A stretch of DNA of 64,000 bases from Octopus sinensis (GCF_006345805.1 NC_043002.1:49228001-49292000); one strand, 5' to 3'. Counted from the first letter of the stretch, positions 1 through 13,079 are shown. Made by a program: numbers and translations. The notes: generated by a model from the letters alone, not told the origin.

Positions 1-109
1 TTTCATACTTTGCTTCGGTGTACTGTCTTGTTTACATGAACAGAATCATACATTTTCCTCAGCAAAACCACTTCAATATATATTTCAATAAGTGTCTGAT
101 GTAATAGAT

Positions 110-287
110 CAGTGGTTTCCAATCTTTTCACAGTTGTTTCCAACCCTTTTATTTAAATGAGTTTTCCCACGGCCCCCTTTTAACATGTTTATCATTATAT
201 ATATATATATATATATACATATGAAATTTTGAATTTAGTTCACGGACCCCCAGTACTACCTTTGCGACCCCAGGTTAGGAACCACTG
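110..287. mobile_element. hAT (Charlie/Buster-type) MITE
   Basis: TIRs CAGTGGTTTCCAA (110) and TTAGGAACCACTG (ends 287). The 8-bp flanks TAATAGAT and AAATAGAC match 6/8 with a central TA. Confidence 0.7.
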
Positions 288-1795
288 AAATAGACTAAAT
301 TTGCTGGGGTTTTTTTTTTCACTAGGAAAATAAGTTGCTTCGTATATGAGAGAGTATTATACGCCGGTAAATACAGTGATTCTTTAACTTCCGCCGGTGA
401 GTTATGAGTAAATTCTAGCAATATAGTATACACAGATCATAAAAATGCAGTTGCACATCTTGATAATGAAATTATGAAAGTTTCGAAATATTGCTAAAAG
501 ATTTCGGAACTTTATAGCCCCAAACGAGCTACAAGAGACTTATGAAAAAAGATCAATAAAAATGAACTAGATTATAGTCCTATTTTCAACGCAACACATA
601 TGCATACGCACTCTTTCATTTCATATAATGAAATAGATATTTGTCTAAAGTATATATTGTGTAGAAAGTTATACATTTAGAAAGAAAGGTGCCTAGTCGA
701 TGACACCGTATCCTGCACTTCACTGCTACTTATCGACACCGAAAATACGAAAGGCAAAGTCGGCCTACCGCAGGATTCGAATTAGCTTATTTATTCGTTC
801 ACTGATTCATTGCATGACTGACAACTCACTCATTCACTCACTCACTCGCTCGCTCACTCAATCACTCACCTATTCACTTATTCAATCAGTCACTGAAAAA
901 AATTGCCTTCTTAATTTTATAGTTATGTATCATGATACGACATAGGATATTTACAACGTTTATTATTACCTAATCACTGATGCTCTACTTCCTTCTATAC
1001 TTTGACACACAGTAAAGTTGAGTATCAATAATAGCCAGGCAGTAAGTAGACATTACCTAATAATATATATCATAATCACACGATATCTATACAACGGACA
1101 TTGTGCGTCTATGAATACATTATTAAAAATAAATCCTATCTGAATCTCACTGTTCTCTGAGGAAGAGTTGTCATATCTAGCAAGCTGGCTAACTGCATAG
1201 AGGTCCCTTAACAAGGAAGATTTATGGAATTAAATATGGCAAACATATAATGAGAGGCGGAAACTCTCATAATGAGACCACAAACGAAAAAATCACTTTG
1301 ATTTTACATCGATTAAAACATTGTTAGAGAATATAGTTGCTCAGTGGTGGAAACTTTTTTTATCCTTTAACTCAAATGTCTTTATCCTTATTTTTTTCTT
1401 AACTTCATGAAAGTCTTACAATTGATACGCGACAGATTAAGATCTGATAATAGCCTGCCAACTGATCAAACTTGATCTCTGAACTCCAGTAGGCCCCCCC
1501 TCCTTCTCCCCTTCCTCTTTGCAATTCGTTGTCAGTTAATCTGAGTTTCTCTTTCTCTTTTCTCTTACTCCTGTAATCGTTTATGTGCAAAGACTCGCAC
1601 GCATGGACTCACAAATATTTACGCATAAACAAATAAATGCATCAACTCAAACATTCTTTACTAAAACATACATTATCTATCCATCTATCCGTCTATCTAT
1701 CCGTCTATCTATCTATCTATCTATCCGTCTATCCATCCGTCTATCCATCTATCCGTCTATCCCTCTATCCCTCTATCCATCTGTCTGTCTGTCTG

Positions 1796-1850
<55 letters not shown>

Positions 1851-2399
1851 TATATATATTATATATATATATATATATATACATATATATATACACACAC
1901 ACACAAATATGTACGCATTTAAGTACGTATGAATAAATATATATGCATATATGTGTGAGTGTGTATGTATTTAGACCCTCTGCACACAAACTAATGTTGT
2001 GGGGGGGGGGCTTCACCATCCGTCCATCCATCCATACATATTTCATTCTTCACATTTCTTACGTCAACCTAGTGCACTGTATTTGTGTTTTCTTTTTTAC
2101 CTCGTCTTTACACTACACACATACATACATACATTATAGTCCCAAACGAGCTGCAAGGGACTCATGAAAAAATATCAGTAAAAATGAACAATGCATATAT
2201 ATCTGGTATATGTCTATGCATGTATATATCTATCTGTCAATTTATATGCATTTACATGTATGTATGTATGTGTGTGTGTGTGTGTGGTGTGTAAGAGCGT
2301 GTGTGTATGTATCACGCACACACTCATATCACACACACACACATATATATATAATACGCATGCACACACGCACACAAACATATACGTATGTATGCATGT

Positions 2400-2755
2400 A
2401 CTCTTACTCTTTTACTTGCTTCAGTCATTTGACTGCAGCCATGCTGGAGCACCGCCTTTAGTTGAAGAAATCGGCCCCAGGACTTATTCTTTGCAAGCCT
2501 AGTACTTATTCTATCGGTTACTTTTACTGAACCACTAAGTTACGGGGACATAAACACACCAACATCTGTTGTCAAGCGATGTTGGGGGACAAACACAGAC
2601 ACACAAACAAACTCTCACACACATACATATATATACACATATACGACGGGCTTCTTTCAGTGGACAGCCCGGGGCTATAGTAGAAAACACTTGCCCAAGG
2701 TGCCACGCAGTGGGACTGAACCTGGAGCCATGTTGTTGGTAAGCAAGCTACTTTA
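2400..2755 (-). mobile_element. tRNA-derived CORE-like SINE (octopus OR-type), internally deleted
   Basis: Reverse complement has a tRNA-like head (GGTAAGTAGCTTGCTTACCAAC...GGTTCAGTCCC), a CORE-like CCTTGGGCAAGTGT block, and the tail shared with many copies in this window. Confidence 0.8.
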
Positions 2756-2917
2756 TTTCAAAACTTTTGCCATAAAGGCATGATACAGAGTAGCTTGCGG
2801 GCTGGACAAAGACATTGAATGATGATAAGGATGATATTAATGGGAGAAGACAAAAAATGCCGGCCGATTTTCAGCTTCTCTAAAACATTATTCTCTTCTT
2901 TCTTTTTTTTTCCACAG

Positions 2918-2933
2918 AAAAAGACAAAATGAG
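2918..2933 (+). other. candidate 16-nt micro-exon (AAAAAGACAAAATGAG)
   Basis: Polypyrimidine tract TTCTCTTCTTTCTTTTTTTTTCCACAG acceptor and GAG|GTAATG donor in non-repeat DNA; contains ATG. No partner exons were found. Confidence 0.3.
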
Positions 2934-3069
2934 GTAATGAACCTCTTATTTCAGTTTTACAATTTTTAGACTAATAGTCCATTTAAGAATTGGGGCGTTA
3001 AGCCTCTTAAAAACAATAACATGCAATAAACATTAAACGTTATAACACTGAGGCTTTTCAACCTCTTGT

Positions 3070-4210
3070 CATTATTCCTCCCCAACATCGCTTGTGCCCG
3101 TATACTCCACCATCCCCCACGCCTCATTCAAGATCAAGGCAGGATCCGAGCCGGCGTCGCCCGGCCACAAGCGATATTCCTTATTGAGTTCCAGCAGCCT
3201 AAACCCCACAGACACCGTTACGACCTCCACAGCTATCTTTTATTGAAATCGCAATGAGAGAAAATGACGTAATAGCTTTCGCTCTTGTAACAGTTAAGAG
3301 ACAGAAAAAGAAGTAGAAGTTGAAAGGAAGCTAATACTTAGACGAAAGGACTCGCGTGTCTAAGTATGAACCATGCAAGGTCGTATTTTGTCTTCGCTTC
3401 CTGTAGCCTCCAGATAAGATCGGCTAGCGATGTTACATGTCGTTTAAGGATGTTTCAAAAGCTGGCGATGCGGTTGTGGTATCGATTTTTGAAAAAATCG
3501 GCCGATGCCCCGATACATACACAGGAGCCTCTTCTAGTGTTTATAGTGCACTTGTATACCACGTTCTTAGTCATACATTGGTTATCCAAACGAAAAGTGG
3601 TTCTATCTCTACATGAGCATAACTGTTTACTTTTGTTAGCTTGTGTACATCGAGCGCTGGAGGGATTGTTTCTGTTCGGTACGTTGGTTGGTAGCATAAA
3701 CATTATTTTTAGGTTGGTCATGTGAGTTATAGTTGAAGTTGAAAAAGTTATTTTGAGTGCTGCTTAATCTTCGCCTCAGTTTACAGTTGCTAATCCTATG
3801 AATATGGTGCTCTAAGTTTGTTGAATTTGCATAGGATAGTTTTATAGTGTAACGGTTGAAATTTTATTGTACACTCCACTTTTAGGAAAGCCGCGATCAA
3901 GTGCACTGAAAAAATTGTTTCGTGATCTTAGATGAGATGTTGGAGCTCCAGATTGGGTTACACCAAAGGACGTCATGGTTTTTATATTTTCGGTTAGGTC
4001 TGTATGTCTGAGTGCTTGAAGCGGTAATTAGATTTTGTGGGGTTAGATGTTTAATTTGTTGCCTGTTACAAGTTTTTCTAACTCATGGTTGATTCTAATG
4101 TGTCTGGGTTTGTTTAGTCTTATCGTATGGTTTGGGATTCTATTATCTAGGTTTTTGACCTTGTGTGTGTAGTTATGGCTGTGGTTGGTAAAGTTGTTAT
4201 AATGAATCGT
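3070..4210 (-). mobile_element. Penelope-like element relic (RT thumb, CxC linker, GIY-YIG endonuclease), Hydra-clade-like
   Basis: Minus strand encodes VLWCNPIWSSNISSK..LDRGFPKSGVYNKI..RYTIKLSY, then CSCRDRTT..LDNQCMTKNVVYKC..CIGASADFFKNRYHN..SF*NILKRHVTSLADLIWRL..WFILRHASPF. Colinear with the PLE at 29742-30420; contains stops and frameshifts. Confidence 0.8.
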
Positions 4211-4311
4211 ATTATTACTAGTTGAGTTATAAGAGTTGTTATTATTATTACTACTACTGGAATGCTGGATTTTCTTACGGTATCCGGTCTCTAGTGAGAC
4301 ATTTTATTTAT

Positions 4312-4353
4312 GTACCTGAAGAGACCCAGAACGGGTCGAAACATATTTTGTAC
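4312..4353 (+). ncRNA. type-I minimal hammerhead ribozyme motif in a PLE terminal repeat
   Basis: GTAC-CTGAAGA-GACCC(agaac)GGGTC-GAAA-CATAT-TTT|GTAC. Stem I GTAC/GTAC, stem II 5 bp, stem III one change from the palindrome ACATATGT. AATAAA follows at 4356, then (TA)n. Confidence 0.75.
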
Positions 4354-4394
4354 CCAATAAAATCTATTACGCATTCCATCTCCTGTTTTATTAA

Positions 4395-4439
<45 letters not shown>

Positions 4440-4667
4440 AACAGACGGATAGGATAGATAGATAGATAAAGTATCTCTCCGATCATAAATAAGAACGAAG
4501 AGAATGAAGAAAAACAAAACAAAAGTCAATATTGGCTTGTAGAAAGCTAAAGATGTGATGTGGTCGGTTTGTGAGGCGAAACAGCGTGATACCTTTAGTA
4601 GAGAGTAAATAAATGACATACTGATTCTTGTCCCATATATACATACTAAACACACAAGCATTTATAA

Positions 4668-4698
<31 letters not shown>

Positions 4699-5300
4699 TG
4701 TATGTATGTATGTATGTATGTATGTATGTATGTATGTATGTATGCATGCACATTATCTAAAATATTTTAAAAACCTTTATTTACGCCTTTCACTGTGATT
4801 ATCAGCCTATCAGCTAAATCAGTTTGCACAATTAAACTAGTGCCCTATCTCTCTGCACGCCCTCCCTTTCGCTTTCTTTGTGTCTGTACTTGTCTTCTCG
4901 TTTGTCTTCCTCTGTTTATCTCTTTGTTTTTCTCTCTCTCTCTCTTTCTTTTGACACTCGTTGAAAGTATAGTATAAGCACTGAAGTATGCATGTATGTA
5001 TGTATGTATGTATGTATGTATGTATGTATGTATGTATGTATGTATGTATGTATGTATGTATGTATATATTTATGTAACTATCTACTCACACGCAAACACA
5101 CATATGTAAGAATGTGTGTGTGTACAAATATGTATGCATATATATGTATAGATATATATAATTAAATGGACGCACTCATTTTATATATATATTTAAATAA
5201 ATAAATATATATATATATATATGTATATATATACACGCACACATAGACACACAAATACATTTGTGTATATATATACACACATGCAAGCATATATATATAG

Positions 5301-5333
<33 letters not shown>

Positions 5334-5399
5334 GTGTGTGTGTGTGTGTGTGTGTGTACATATATGATATAATGAAGGAAATTGTTTTATACAGTGCCC

Positions 5400-6142
5400 A
5401 GGTGCACTCCAAAAAGAAAGAAAGGGTGTATTGTTAGCGGATTTTCTGGAAGCATGGAAGTTTTGAGGGATGTAGTGTCTCGACAGCTAACAAATGATGC
5501 GGGTAGTTTATTCCATGCTTAAGTAATTCTGAGCGAGAAAAAGTGCTTCCGAAAGTCATGGCTACGGTGTTGTTTTCTGATTTTATAAGCATGTCCGCGA
5601 GTGTTTGTCATATGGAATTGAAAAAGGTTGTTGTTGGAAAGGTGGTGGATAATCTTGTGGGTGTTTACCAAGTCAGTTGACAGTCGTCTTAGCTTCAGTG
5701 TATCCATGCCCAGGGAATCAAGACGTTCAGAATATGGTAATTGTCTGACGGTGCGTATACGTTTTGCTGCACGTTTCTGAACAGTTTCCATGGGATTTAT
5801 ATGCTGAGCAAGATAGGGGTCCCAGACTGGTGATGCAATTTGTCGTATTCAGTTTTAAATAGATAGCTGAAGAGCGGCTGACAAGGGTCTTACAGAATGA
5901 TGCTAGCACCCCCTCAGCCTTCTTGACAATCTTAGAGATGTGGTTTGTCCAACGCAGATCGTTGTTTCCAATAATGCCCAGATCACGTCGGCTAGAAGAC
6001 TTCGTGCGATTGAAGTTGCTGAGTATGTAAAGGGTGGATTTTTCCTCCCAAAATGCATGGTGACGCACTTGTTCACAGCTAGCTTGAGTTGCCAGTAAGA
6101 GATCCATTGCTGCATTGTATCCAGGTCTGATTTCAGAAACAA
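5400..6142 (-). mobile_element. CR1/L2-group LINE 3' fragment (RT C-terminus)
   Basis: LQQWISYWQLKLAVNKC..RDLGII.NNDLRWTNHISKIVKKA..ETVQKRAAKRI..LPYSERLDSLGM.TLKLRRL..TRGH..FFSLRIT, with frameshifts. Confidence 0.9.
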
Positions 6143-6203
6143 TATCTTTCTCTCTCCCTCTCTCTCTCTGTCTATACATATATATATATATATAATATAT
6201 ATA

Positions 6204-6314
<111 letters not shown>

Positions 6315-6710
6315 GTATGTGTGTGTGTGTATGGAGAGAGAGAGAGAGAGAGAAAGAGGCACACATATAAGCATATAAGCACATATAATCCATAAATGTG
6401 AGCCGAACAAAATATATTTTGTCGCACTCACAGTTAAGGAGTAAACATTTGGCATTCAGACTATAAGATTTGTGTTCCTTTCACTCAGCGGCTTGACCAC
6501 CTTCCTTTGAACGTTTTACTTCCAAGAACACTATATCGACGGCTATGAGTATGTATACATATACTACACGTTTTTTTTGAAGATAATATATATGTATGTA
6601 TATATGCACAGGTATGTCAAATTTTCCGTTTGTGACCTTTTTATTTAATCCTGAAAATATTTTTATGTAACGCACGCGGTCCTTAATTTTTTATCCATAT
6701 GTATATGTGC

Positions 6711-6751
<41 letters not shown>

Positions 6752-6779
6752 TGTGTGTATATGTATACGTATATATATA

Positions 6780-7262
6780 TCTCCCTAGCACCATCATGAT
6801 CATGCGCAAGGCCCAGCTGAGATGGGCAGGCCACGTCTCCCGCATGTCCGACACTCGCAACCCAAAACAGCTCTTCTACGGTGAACTCAGCCAGGGCAAA
6901 CGCAAAGTCGGAGGGCAGAAGAAGCGCTTCAAGGACAGTCTCAAAGTCTCTGTCAAAGACTTCTCCATCGGCACAGAGACTTGGGAGACACTTGCTGCCG
7001 ACCGCTCATCCTGGCGCAGCGCAATCACCACAGGAGCAAAGACAGCCGAGGAGAGACGGATTCAGTCAGCAGAACAGAAATGCCAGATGCGGAAAGCCAG
7101 AGCCACCTGCACCAATAGCACAGCCCCTACCTACTTCTGCCCCACCTTTGGGAGGGGCTTTCTTGCCCGGATTGGCCTCACCAGCCACCTCCGGTCTCAT
7201 AGCAGCAATTTCACCAAATAATGTCAATGGTCACCTTCGAACCCAAAGGACAAACATTATTA
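6780..7262 (+). mobile_element. RTE (BovB-like) LINE 3' end, 5'-truncated
   Basis: ORF RKAQLRWAGHVSRM..PKQLFYGEL..GGQKKRFKDSLK..W..LAADRSSWR..CPTFGRGFLARIGLTSHLRSH, stop at 7219-7221, then a short 3' UTR. Confidence 0.92.
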
Positions 7263-7264
7263 TC

Positions 7265-7301
<37 letters not shown>

Positions 7302-7303
<2 letters not shown>

Positions 7304-8081
7304 ACAAAGGATAAAATTAATTAATTAAGAAGTAATCAATAATTTCACCAAGTAGAATTCGGTATGAAAACAGGACCGTTTCCCGGTAAACTTAAGTAAT
7401 ACTAATAAAAAGGGTTCAGCAAAGAATTGCTTCACCACACACCGAAGCTCAGAAATAGCAGCCAAAAATCTTAGCTATTTCTTCTACTTTAAAAAGGGTC
7501 TTCTAGAGAAACCAAAAAACTTGAAGGTTATTCACACAGGTAGAGAGTAAAGCAACGAAAATCAATCAATATCTGGTCGTCCATGGATACGCGTTTCTGA
7601 ATTAGGTTTTTCATAAAGGATATTAAAAAATATATACTTTACTAACCATATTCTTCATCAGTATGGTTTTCCGTGATAATTCGAAGGTACTAGAATAATT
7701 GATCCTCATTCATATTTTGAATTTGGCGGTGCTAACATTGAACATAAGCGGTCTAATGCCGTTAGGTGGAAAGATTCGTTCAAATATCTAGTATCTTCAA
7801 ATTATCACGGAAAACCATGCTGATGAAGAATATGGTTGGTAAAGTATATATTTTTTTATATCCTTTATGAAAAACCTAATTCAGAAACGCGCGTCCATGG
7901 ACGCCCAGATATTGATTGATTTTCGTTGCTTTACTCTCTGCCTGTGTGAATAACCTTCAAGTTTTTTGGTTTCTCTAGAAGACCATTTTTAAAGTAGAAG
8001 AAATAGCTAAGATTTTTGGCTGCTATTTCTGAGCTTCGGTGTGTGGTGAAGCAATTCTTTGCTGAACCCTTTTTATTAGTA
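7302..8081. repeat. foldback of two inverted PLE-type terminal repeats (arms about 7400-7697 and 7785-8081, 87-bp spacer), each with a hammerhead motif
   Basis: The arms are near-perfect reverse complements over about 298 bp. The left arm extends further to (TA)n at about 7300; the right arm ends in (TA)n. Confidence 0.9.
7815..7900 (+). ncRNA. type-I hammerhead ribozyme motif with long stem II
   Basis: CCATG-CTGATGA-A-GAATATGGTT...AACCTAATTC-A-GAAA-CGCGC-GTC|CATGG. Stem I CCATG/CATGG, palindromic stem III ACGCGCGT, GUC triplet, predicted cleavage after 7895. Confidence 0.75.
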
Positions 8082-8155
8082 TATATATATGTATGTATAT
8101 ATCTATATATATGTAAATATGTGTATATACATATGTATATAAATATATATATATA

Positions 8156-8386
8156 TTTCTTTACTACCCACAAGGGGCTAAACACAGAGGGGACAAACAA
8201 GGACAGACAAAGAGATTAAGTCGACTACATCGACCCCAGTGCGAAACTGGTACTTTATTTATCGACCCCGAAAGAATGAAAGGCAAAGTCGACCTCGGCG
8301 GAATTTGAACTCAGAACGTAACGACAGACGAAATACGGCTACGCATTTCGCCCGGCGTGCTAACGATTCTGCCAGCTCGCCGCCTT
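8156..8386 (-). mobile_element. Nin-domain-like tRNA SINE (Twin-like), monomer
   Basis: Reverse complement GGCGGCGAGCTGGCAGAATCGTTAGCAC..GAGTTCAAATTCC..GTCGACTTTGCCTTTCATTCTTTCGGGGTCGATAAA. Duplicated at 9337-9567. Confidence 0.85.
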
Positions 8387-8575
8387 ATATAAATATATAT
8401 ATGTAAATACATACATATGTATGTGTGCATGCATGTGCGTGTGTGTAAGCGCATGTGCATACACACTTTCATGTAGTTATAGATATATGTATAGGGAAAT
8501 CAATTTGTCCTTCAGTTGTATCACCAAGTAGAATTCGGTATGAAAACAGGACCGTTTCCCGGTAAACTTAAGTAA

Positions 8576-9258
8576 TACTAATAAAAAGGGTTCAGCAAAG
8601 AATTGCTTCACCACACACCGAAGCTCAGAAATAGCAGCCAAAAATCTTAGCTATTTCTTCTACTTTAAAAAGGGTCTTCTAGAGAAACCAAAAAACTTGA
8701 AGGTTATTCACACAGGTAGAGAGTAAAGCAACGAAAATCAATCAATATCTGGTCGTCCATGGATACGCATTTCTGAATTAGGTTTTTCATAAAGGATATT
8801 AAAAAATATATACTTTACTAACCATATTCTTCATCAGTATGGTTTTCCGTGATAATTCGAAGGTACTAGAATAATTGATCCTCATTCATATTTTGAATTT
8901 GGCGGTGCTAACATTGAACATAAGCGGTCTAATGCCGTTAGGTGGAAAGATTCGTTCAAATATTCTAGTATCTTCAAATTATCACGGAAAACCATGCTGA
9001 TGAAGAATATGGTTGGTAAAGTATATATTTTTTTATATCCTTTATGAAAAACCTAATTCAGAAACGCGCGTCCATGGACGCCCAGATATTGATTGATTTT
9101 CGTTGCTTTACTCTCTGCCTGTGTGAATAACCTTCAAGTTTTTTGGTTTCTCTAGAAGACCATTTTTAAATTAGAAGAAATAGCTAAGATTTTTGGCTGC
9201 TATTTCTGAGCTTCGGTGTGTGGTGAAGCAATTCTTTGCTGAACCCTTTTTATTAGTA
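8576..9258. repeat. second copy of the hammerhead-bearing foldback
   Basis: Same inverted arms as 7400-8081. Confidence 0.9.
8992..9077 (+). ncRNA. type-I hammerhead ribozyme motif (duplicate of 7815-7900)
   Basis: CCATG-CTGATGA...GAAACGCGCGTC|CATGG; predicted cleavage after 9072. Confidence 0.75.
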
Positions 9259-11024
9259 TATATATATATATGTATGTATATATCTATATATATGTAAATA
9301 TGTGTATATACATATGTATATAAATATATATATATATTTCTTTACTACCCACAAGGGGCTAAACACAGAGGGGACAAACAAGGACAGACAAAGAGATTAA
9401 GTCGATTACATCGACCCCAGTGCGAAACTGGTACTTTATTTATCGACCCCGAAAGAATGAAAGGCAAAGTCGACCTCGGCGGAATTTGAACTCAGAACGT
9501 AACGACAGACGAAATACGGCTACGCATTTCGCCCGGCGTGCTAACGATTCTGCCAGCTCGCCGCCTTATATAAATATATATATGTAAATACATACATATG
9601 TATGTGTGCATGCATGTGCGTGTGTGTAAGCGCATGTGCATACACACTTTCATGTAGTTATAGATATATGTATAGGGAAATCAATTTGTCCTTCAGTTGT
9701 ATCAAATATATTTCATTTTATATACGAAATATTTCTGTCCCTGTGTGTGTATGTGTGTTGAGGATTGTTTGCGTGCTTCATACAATTTTATGCGCGAATG
9801 TTGCATATATGAGTACATGCATATATACATGTACATGCTGATATACATATATGCGTATATACATATGTTTACATATATACACATATATATATATACTTAC
9901 ATATGCTTACACACATATACTTACACACACGCGTGCACTCACTCACACACACAAATTTCAAATTATATGATTGTCGAATTTCCTCTCCGATTCATATCGT
10001 GCAAGTTCTGTTATATTCTTCATGAAAAATAGGAAAGAAAAACGCCTATGAATGGTTTGGTCCATTTCATTATCAAACCACTAGATGTTCTTGCATATCT
10101 CCTTTGTTACCATGACTTTTACATATTCCATTAGGTTTTTTTTTTAAAGAATGGCATTCACGTTGCAGATGTAGCAACGTAACGAAACACGAATCATCTA
10201 TATACACTGCACGAGCTACCTGCAGCTGTGAGATTAACTTACGTTATAATTGTTAGTACGAATTTTGAGCCTTGAAGATATAAGAAACTTGCCAACTGAG
10301 ACTATATAGAACCGGTGACGGAATGCGAAACATCGATCCTTCGATCGGATTCAGCAGTCTGTTCAAATTGCTGTAAATCGCATTGGGGGATTGAACAACT
10401 ATTCATTCACTTTTACAATTTTTTCTTTACAACTGTCTTTTGTATTCATTTTGGGCTGGTAGCAATTACAATGGATTGCAATATAATTTATGTTGAACAA
10501 ATCCTAAATTGATTAAATGTAAAAGGACTTTTACTACGTTTTTCAAATGTGCTTAACATATGCACTATGCTGTATAACAGTCATAGGCATACTGTGGCTC
10601 CTGGGACTTTCTGAATGACACGCCATCGAAAGATTACCCTGAAATCTTTTAGCTATGCTGTCCGTCTGATGATGAGCCATGTCTCATGCGGCTCGCTACT
10701 AGAAAAAAGGTTGCCTATGCCTGATGTAAACCTGTAGCTTCTGGAACAATCCGTCAAGCTGTATTTAATATTAAGATGTACAAAGGTTTTGGCATTTATA
10801 CTCACCGTGAGAACACGATTCACCTAAATATATTATTCTTTGTAAGCCTAGTACTTATTCTATCGGTCACTTTTGCCGAACCGCTAAGTTACGGGACGTA
10901 AACACACCAGCATCGGTTGTCAAGCGATGGTGGTGGGACAAACACAGGCACACAAACATACAGACACACACATATATAATCACAATACACACACACACAT
11001 GTATATTTGTATGTATATATATAT

Positions 11025-12984
11025 ACTAGCTGAAGGTGACCCGCTCTACGCGCGGGTAAGAGTGTGGTTGTTACTTTCTGTTGCTTCCTTTCAGCACGTA
11101 AAAAGCACTATCCGAATGTGGCCGATTGCAGCGCCGCCTTGACTTGCTTCTGTGCCCGTGGCACGTAAAAAGCACCAACCGATCGTTGTCGCTGCGAGCC
11201 CCCCTGGCACCTGTGCCGGCGGCACGAAAAAAGCACCCACTACACTCACAGAGTGGTTGTCGTTAGGAAGTTCATCCACCTGTAGAAACATTGCCAGATC
11301 AGACTGGATCCTGGTGCAGCCTCCTGGCTTCCCAGACACCTGTCACACTGTCCAACCCGTGCTAGCACGGAAAACGGACGTTAAACGATGATGGTGATGA
11401 TGATTCTCCGTATTTGTTTCTCTCTCCTTTCTCTCTCACTTTCCCCACTCTCTTACTCTTCCTTTCTCTCGGACTCTCCCTCGCTTTCGCTTACTCTCTA
11501 TCTTTATCTATCTCTCTCCCATTTATAAACAACAAAATATCTTGAGTAAGTTGAGAAATAAAATATTTAGAAAGATCAATCATAAATATCAGGCAGTAAC
11601 AACGGAAAGGTCTGCTTCAAGGCAAACAGCAAAACACTAACATTTAAAAGGGATAGACGAACTTGCGAGCTGAATAAAAATAATAAAATATTGGAAACCA
11701 AAGTTTGAAGGGATAGAATCTGAGGGTAGTAGAGTCAGCATGGCTGGCATTTTTTAACGACGGACAGCAACGTTTTGACAGTTTAACGGCTGGCGTAAAA
11801 TTTTGAAGTTGGTGTAAAAGAAAATCCCTAAACACCAAGTTTTGAAGTGATTCTTTTTCACAACAGTAGACTCACCATGGCAAGCATTCAACACTTCTTC
11901 ATCATGGACGGCAACACATTGACGATTAAAAGGCTGGCGCAAATTTTTTAGCTTGATGTAACAGAGAATTCCTAAACACCCGCTCCTTTAAATTTTAATC
12001 CCCTTCCAGCCCCATTTATACCCCTTTTCACATTTTGGTTAATATAACGTGATTTCATTCGGGTGTACTGGGGCCACATTTTATAAGATGAGGAATTTTG
12101 TCCTAGAGGTCACGCCTTTCATTTGAGGAAAAAAAATAGTTGTCATGCAAACTTGCCAGCACTTTTAACATAGGTCTGCATCTATGTATGTGTGTGTGTG
12201 TATGTATGTGTATGTATGTGTATGTATGTGTGTATGTGTGTGTATGTATGTGTGTGTGTATGTATGCATTTCCATTGAGTCAACCTCATTTCTACATAGC
12301 AGACCGTTACATAAACAGGCAAAGGTACATACATACATGCACACTCACACATACATACACACACATACACACATACACATACATACACACACACACATGC
12401 ATAGATACATACACACTCACACATACATGCATACATACATATACACATACATGCATACACACGCACGCACTACAAAAACCGAGTAAAAAATTTCAGTTAT
12501 CTCTCTTTCACACAGACAGATACATAAAAGAAGGCCGTTTGTATGAAAAAGAGTGAGTATTGTGTGTTGGTGGTGTTGTTGTTGTTGGTGGTGGTGGTGG
12601 TGGCGATGATAATTATCATTAGGAAAAAGAGTGAGTGATGATAATTCTCCCTATGAATGCAAACAGATACATCAAAGAAAGCCGCCTGACGACCTTATAA
12701 AGGCAAAGTGAAAGGGAGTTGAGGGGAATACATTAAATAACGGGAGTGGACATTGTCAACGTTATAAATGAAGGGGAGTAAGAGAGGGAAAGAAGGAAAT
12801 AGTGTGAGTGAAGAAGATGGCCCCTAGCAACCACACCTTTTAAGATAGGGATTTCTAAGGTAGCCCACGCGCATCGTCACCTCATTCTACATGTCCCTGT
12901 AAATTTAGGAGCGAATCGGACGGGTCGTAGTGGCATTGAAAGCGATCCAAGCGGTAAAAACGCATTTCAGTTTTATATATAGAG
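11025..12984 (+). mobile_element. non-autonomous Helitron/HINE-like element with nested insertions
   Basis: Starts ACTAGCTGAAGGTGACCCGCTCTACGCGCGGGT (short hairpin) and ends AAATTTAGGAGCGAATCGG..TTTCAGTTTTATATATAGAG, the same terminal pattern as 26496-26897 and 50295-51588. Continuity across the interval is inferred. Confidence 0.45.
11090..11404 (+). mobile_element. SINE body with RTE-type (TGA)n tail and three internal GCACGTAAAAAGCAC repeats
   Basis: GAGTGGTTGTCGTTAGGAAGTTCATCCACCTGTAGAAAC..AACCCGTGCTAGCACGGAAAACGGACGTTAAACGATGATG; motif repeated near 11094, 11161 and 11222. Confidence 0.7.
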
Positions 12985-12997
12985 ATAGATATATATA

Positions 12998-13050
<53 letters not shown>

Positions 13051-13079
13051 ATATATGTGTACATATATATATATATATA

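Larger units (their letters stand above)
7345..9701. repeat. near-identical tandem duplication (units 7345-8520 and 8521-9701)
   Basis: About 1.18-kb units differing by a handful of substitutions and indels. TCA microhomology at the start (7345), junction (8521) and end (9702). Confidence 0.92.

Noticed and set aside
7400-8081. Foldback as a TA-targeting MITE with 300-bp TIRs
   Set aside because: The left arm continues about 100 bp beyond the symmetric part and both arms contain hammerhead cores, which fits inverted PLE repeats better.
10660-10705. CTGATGAT-GAGCC..GGCTC hairpin
   Set aside because: It is followed by GCTAC rather than GAAAC, with no stem I or III.
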